NCBI RefSeq assembly: GCF_004010195.1
Contig: NC_057719.1
Location: forward strand, 13,815,105 to 13,850,486
Direction of reading: 5' to 3'
From: Chiloscyllium plagiosum
Taxonomy: Eukaryota
DNA length: 35,382 nt
The translations under genes and the position numbers were made by a program. This document shows, one piece after another, positions 33,855 to 35,382 of the stretch. The notes beneath the pieces were generated by a model, which made no database searches, was not told the origin of the DNA, and was given only the letters and a program-made list of their open reading frames with translations. How positions within the stretch are numbered: the first letter of the stretch is position 1; each line of letters opens with the position of its first letter.

Positions 33855-35382
33855 AATAGGAGGTTAGAGCAGATGAATGCATGGCTGAGGAGCTGGTGTA
33901 TGGGAGAAGGATTCACATTTTTGGATCATTGGAATCTCTTTTGGGGTAGAAGTGACCTGTACAAGAAGGACAGATTGCACCTGAATTGTAAGGGGACTAA
34001 TATACTGGCAGGGAGACTTGCTAGAGCTGCTCGGGAGGAATTGAACAGTAAGGTGGTGGTGGGGTGGTGGGGGGACCCAAGGTGATAGTGAGGAAAGAGA
34101 TCGATCTGAGACTGGTACAGTTAAGAATAGAAGCGAGTCAAACAGTCACGGCAGGCAGGGAATAAGGTAGGACTAATAAATTAAACTGCATTTATTTCAA
34201 TGCAAGGGGCCTAACAGGGAAGACAAATGAATTCAGAGCATGGTTAGAAACAAGGGACTGGGATATCAAAGCAATTACAGAAAAATGGCTCAGGGATGGG
34301 CAGGACTGGCAGCTTAATGTTTCACGATGCAAATGCTACAGGAAGGATAGAAAGGGAGGCAAGAGAGGAGGGGGAGTGGCATTTTTGATAAGGGATAGCA
34401 TTACAGCTGTACTGAGGGAGGATATTCCTGGAAATACATCCAGGGAAATTATTTTGGGGGAACTGAGAAATAAGAAAGAGATGATCACCTTTTTTGGATT
34501 GTATTATAGACCTCCTAATAGTCAGAGGGAAACTGAGAAACAAACTTATAAGGAGATCCCAGCTATCTATAAGAATAATAGGGTGGTTATGGTAGGGGAT
34601 TTTAACTTTCCAAACATAGACCTGGACTGCCATAAGTGTTAAGGGTTTAGATGGAGAGGAACATTTTAAGTGTGTACAAGAATATTTTCTGATTCACTAT
34701 GTGGATGTACCTACTAGAGAAGGTGCAAACCTGACCTACTCTTGTGAAATAAGGCAGGGCAGGTGACTGAGGTGTCAGTGGGGGAGCACTTTGGGGCCAG
34801 CGACCATAATTCTATTAGATTTAAAATAGTGATGGAAAAGGATAGACCAGATCTAAAAGTTGAAGTTCTAAATTGGAGAAAGGCCAATTTTGACAGTATT
34901 AGGCAAGAACTTTCAAAAGCTGATTGGAGGCAGATGTTCGCAGGTAAAGGGACAGCTGGAAAATGGGAAGCCTTCAGAAATGAGATAACGAGAATCCAGA
35001 GAAAGTATGTTCCTATCAGAGTGAAAGGGAAGGCTGGAAAGTATAGGGAATGCTGGATGGCTAAAGAAATTGTGGGTTTGGTTAAGAAGAAGGAAGGAAG
35101 CATATGTCAGGTATAGCCAGGATAGATCGAGTTGTTCCTATCAGAGTGAAAGGGAAGGCTGGAAAGTATAGGGAATGCTGGATGGCTAAAGAAATTGTGG
35201 GTTTGGTTAAGAAGAAGGAAGGAAGCATATGTCAGGTATAGCCAGGATAGATCGAGTGAATCCTTAGAAGAGTATAAAGGAAGTAGGAGTATACTTAAGA
35301 TGGAAATCAGGAGGGCAAAACAGGGACATGGGATAGCGTTGGCAAATGCAATTAAGGAGAATCCAAAGGGTTTTTACAAATA
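33855..35382 (+). mobile_element. CR1 LINE: end of ORF1 (SGNH esterase-like) and ORF2 AP endonuclease, disrupted
   Basis: NAWLRSWC..GFTFLDHW..YKKDRLHLN..G; then CIYFNARG, AITEKWL, YYRPPN, MVGDFNFPNID, GASDHNSIRF; stops and frameshifts; runs off the window. Confidence 0.93.

Noticed and set aside
33418..33882. Host coiled-coil protein gene
   Set aside because: It is collinear with Gypsy protease, RNase H, PPT and LTR, and is interrupted by a SINE.

Overview
Repeat-dense non-coding vertebrate DNA, almost certainly from a shark or ray. That assignment is inferred from six tRNA-headed HE1/V-SINE-type SINEs with CR1 (HER1-like) tails. No intact protein-coding gene is recognisable, and most long ORFs in the track are transposon fragments or their antisense shadows. 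The window contains many CR1 LINE fragments, at least three families of Penelope-like elements (PLEs, with a GIY-YIG endonuclease visible at about 19.8-21.0 kb), two decayed Gypsy LTR elements with Gmr1-like domain order, Tx1 and RTE LINE relics, three Tigger/pogo-type TIR elements and three assembly gaps. The most notable structure is a set of minimal hammerhead-ribozyme (HHR) motifs in the PLE termini. Several sit in tiny (110-200 bp), mostly fold-back insertions with 8-14 bp target-site duplications (TSDs), and larger head-to-head PLE palindromes also occur. PLE-associated minimal HHRs are known biology; their packaging here as ORF-less mini-insertions is the point worth testing. A few host-exon candidates are listed at low confidence. 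Family names come from motif recognition by eye, not database searches, and boundaries of old repeats are approximate.
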